DNA from: Kudoa neothunni
Lineage: Eukaryota > Animalia > Cnidaria
Direction of reading: 5' to 3'
DNA: 64,000 nucleotides
Assembly (NCBI GenBank): GCA_964304625.1
Contig: OZ199839.1
Location: 3,968,114 to 4,032,113 of the forward strand
Part shown: in pieces, positions 61,151 through 64,000 of the stretch
Layout of the letters: every line of letters starts with the position of its first letter
How positions within the stretch are numbered: position 1 is the first letter of the stretch
Notes under the pieces: generated by a model
Told to the model about the DNA's origin: nothing
Database searches by the model: none
The model's input: the letters and a program-made list of their open reading frames with translations, nothing else
Made by a program: the position numbers and the translations under genes

Positions 61151-62524
61151 TATACATTTTTTAAATATTGAGTGGTAAAGAAATTACACTAAAAATTATT
61201 AAACAAAATAAGCGATAAATTAGATACTCTAAGATAACTTAATTTTTCTTGATTTATTTTTAGTAAATCGCACCATTGAATACTCCGAGGCTATAGCCGA
61301 AGATGAAGATATTTCTGAAGGAAGAGGTATATGACGCTTAACTTAAACACTTTACTCGTATCTAAATTACAGAAATGGATGTTATTGGAAATATTTTTAA
61401 ATCTCAAATAATTGTTGAGGATGTTGGTAATAGTATTGTTAATAATATTTCAAATGAAAATGCTCCCGAGATCCAAACGGTTTTATCTGAAGAAAAATTA
61501 GCACCTACTTTTAATATGATCGAGCTTGATGGCACTTTCATTTCATTTCCTTTTTTTAATTATTTTAGCCTTAAAAATTCCCCCTCGAGTGAAGTCTGTT
61601 GGGAGACCAAAGGGATAAGCTTTGACCATTATTGGATACAACAAGAAAACTAGATTTTCTTAGATCTCTCATTATTTATTTGACTATGATAGCCATTGTT
61701 CATCGTGTTATATTCGTCTAATCTCTGAAAAATGACCTAATTATGACTAGTTTTCTCAAAATTCTTGTCCATATTGAAATTTAAAGCGGAAAATTCACAT
61801 CATTTCTGTGAAATATAGTGATCACGTTTTATCTAGAAGTTCATAATTTATGAATAGAATACAATAAATCACATAATTTAAACATTGTAAAGATTGGAAA
61901 TAAATTAAATAACACAAGGTTGAATGTATCATGTGGAAGCGCGCGCTTCTAGAGGAACGTCAGACCTATAAAAACACACAAAATTCTTCAACTTTAACCT
62001 TATTATTGACAGAAAATGATATAGTACAATTTTGATCATGTATTAGATTAAGATTAATAAATTTTTCATTTAATTATGGAAAACAATCAATAAAATAAAC
62101 AATATAAATATGTAAAAAAAGATATTCTCAATTGTTACCTAATTCTATAATTTAGTAGAGAAAAACATAAATAATAATGTGAAATTAATTGAGTCCTATG
62201 GTAATAGCCAGTGCCATGTATTAGCAGTATACTTTCAGTGGATTTTTTAGATTTTTCTCGAAAATTCTACTTTAACTCGAATTTTAAGTGGTTCAATAAG
62301 ATATTTATAAACTTTTATTTTTCATGATTTTCGTTGCATTGTACAATCAATTTATTATAATAGAGAACTTGTGGGGTCCCCCAGGACACCACACCGGAAC
62401 GCGTGTGGTTTTTTCGCGCATCGTCCCGGGAGGGTTAAATAAGCGAATACAGCGGAAAAGATACTCCATAAAGGATAGAAATTAATCCGTGTGGGCTCAT
62501 CGAGCCCAAGGTCATCTATTAAAG

Positions 62525-63149
62525 CAGTGTTTCCCAATGCGGAGGCGTGGAAATCTTGGGGCGTTCAATGAACGGCTCTTGTGGGACATGGAAAATCCTG
62601 GGCATTGATAAAACATGGATAATGGTGAGAAAATTGGGCAGTATGGCGCGCATTGAAAGAAATACTTCGATTTTTGACATTTTTTATTTTTAAGAGAATG
62701 TGAATATCCTCAAACAATACAAAAACATTGATTAATTTATATAAAAAATATAAAAACGTTTAACATGGTTTTTGCTCAGTAGAGTCGGAATGGTTATAAT
62801 TCAAATGTTGTCACATTTATAACTGTGATCCCCTCTTTTTTTGACTTATCCAAAAACAATATTGATTAATTTTCAACATTAATTATTTTATTTCGACCTA
62901 TAAGCCCGAATACAGAAAAGTTTTGCCAGATGTGGGTTGGAGTACCACAAATTTCACTTAACGCGGTTTTTGGCTGAATGTAGAAGTAAAAATGTTAATT
63001 TTTTAAGTCCATCTATGAGTTAAATTAGATCTGATCGAAAATATTTTAATTCTAATGGAGCTTGATTCAAAATTATAAGAAATTTAAGTTAAAAAATAAA
63101 TACATTTGAAAAAGGTGTGGCGCGATAGAAAAAAGGCTGGGAAACACCA
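62525..63149. mobile_element. hAT-type MITE
   Basis: CAGTGTTTCCCAA...CTGGGAAACACCA. TSD TATTAAAG/TATTAGGG. Confidence 0.7.
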
Positions 63150-64000
63150 TATTAGGGTTAAAAGTGGTGACGACGCAAACAATCGTAATCCTTAGGATTA
63201 AATATTTCCCGTAATCTTCTTTAACTTTAAAAAATGTTATCATCTCGTTCTAATATCAAGTAAGACCAAAAAACTCGTATGGAAATTCTCTATATGCAAG
63301 TATTCAAAATCTAATTCAAAAAATTATTGATCGTTAATCTGTTCCCTGTTGAGTGAGTTTTTCAAACGGAGGAAGTATAGTTGTTTTTTCAACTTGCTAA
63401 TTATATCATAAATAGTCGCAATATCCAAAAATCGCTGCAGGGTGGTCAAAACACCGATTCAACCAAAATTCCCATATTAATTGGTTTAATCCCTAATGCA
63501 TATTCCATGATTTAGGTAAATTTACATTCTTAATCCACAGCATTATACATAGTCTCTTTTTACATATTTTATTCATAGAATATCTAACGCTTTTCACTGC
63601 ATTTTTATGCGGAGTGAAAACATCATTTTAATTTTATTTATTTAAGAAAAATCCATGTCTTATTCAATAGAAGAAAATTATATACTAGAGTTATTTGCCT
63701 ATAAAATAATCAAAACCGAATAACAACTATCATAAACAGAAGTTACGTCATTAATCCATCTGAATAAAAATATTGCACTGTACATATTCGTTTATCGACA
63801 TACTTATTTAAGTCTCTTATCTCTGTGATCGAATATGGTTACGACTTTTAGTGTTAATTTCTCGTATTTTGGTGAGATATTTATGTAGCGGCGTTTTTAA
63901 ATAAATTATTGTTTTCGCTCCTGTAACATTTGATCAGAATTTTCAACTCAGCGATTATTGTCAGTTTCATTTTAACCACTCAAAACCAATCCGTTTCTCC

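Noticed and set aside
1-64000. CRISPR arrays, rRNA or tRNA genes, or prokaryotic operons
   Set aside because: None seen. The window is intron-containing eukaryotic DNA with no regularly spaced repeats.

Overview
This is AT-rich eukaryotic DNA with many very short GT-AG introns (mostly about 30-100 nt). A minicollagen-type cysteine-rich-domain gene and highly divergent housekeeping genes suggest a cnidarian, most plausibly a myxozoan (inference). Host genes: the 3' part of a SEA-domain gene, a two-CRD nematocyst/polar-capsule-type protein, XMAP215/ch-TOG (CKAP5), jagunal (JAGN1), a two-Ig-domain surface protein, a Musashi/DAZAP1-type two-RRM protein, SERF, a secreted WCHHC thioredoxin with a long N/Y/P-rich tail, and a DIPP-type Nudix hydrolase. 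Intergenic DNA and the two large introns are packed with decayed, often nested DNA transposons (piggyBac, hAT, pogo/Tigger). The most striking object is a young, ultra-compact 3,912-bp Ty3/gypsy retrotransposon (4763-8674, minus strand) with 117-bp LTRs and a TTTAG target-site duplication. Its gag start codon lies inside the 5' LTR and its pol stop lies inside the 3' LTR, so the primer-binding site and polypurine tract are both translated and there is no internal non-coding DNA. All calls were made by eye; no database searches were run.
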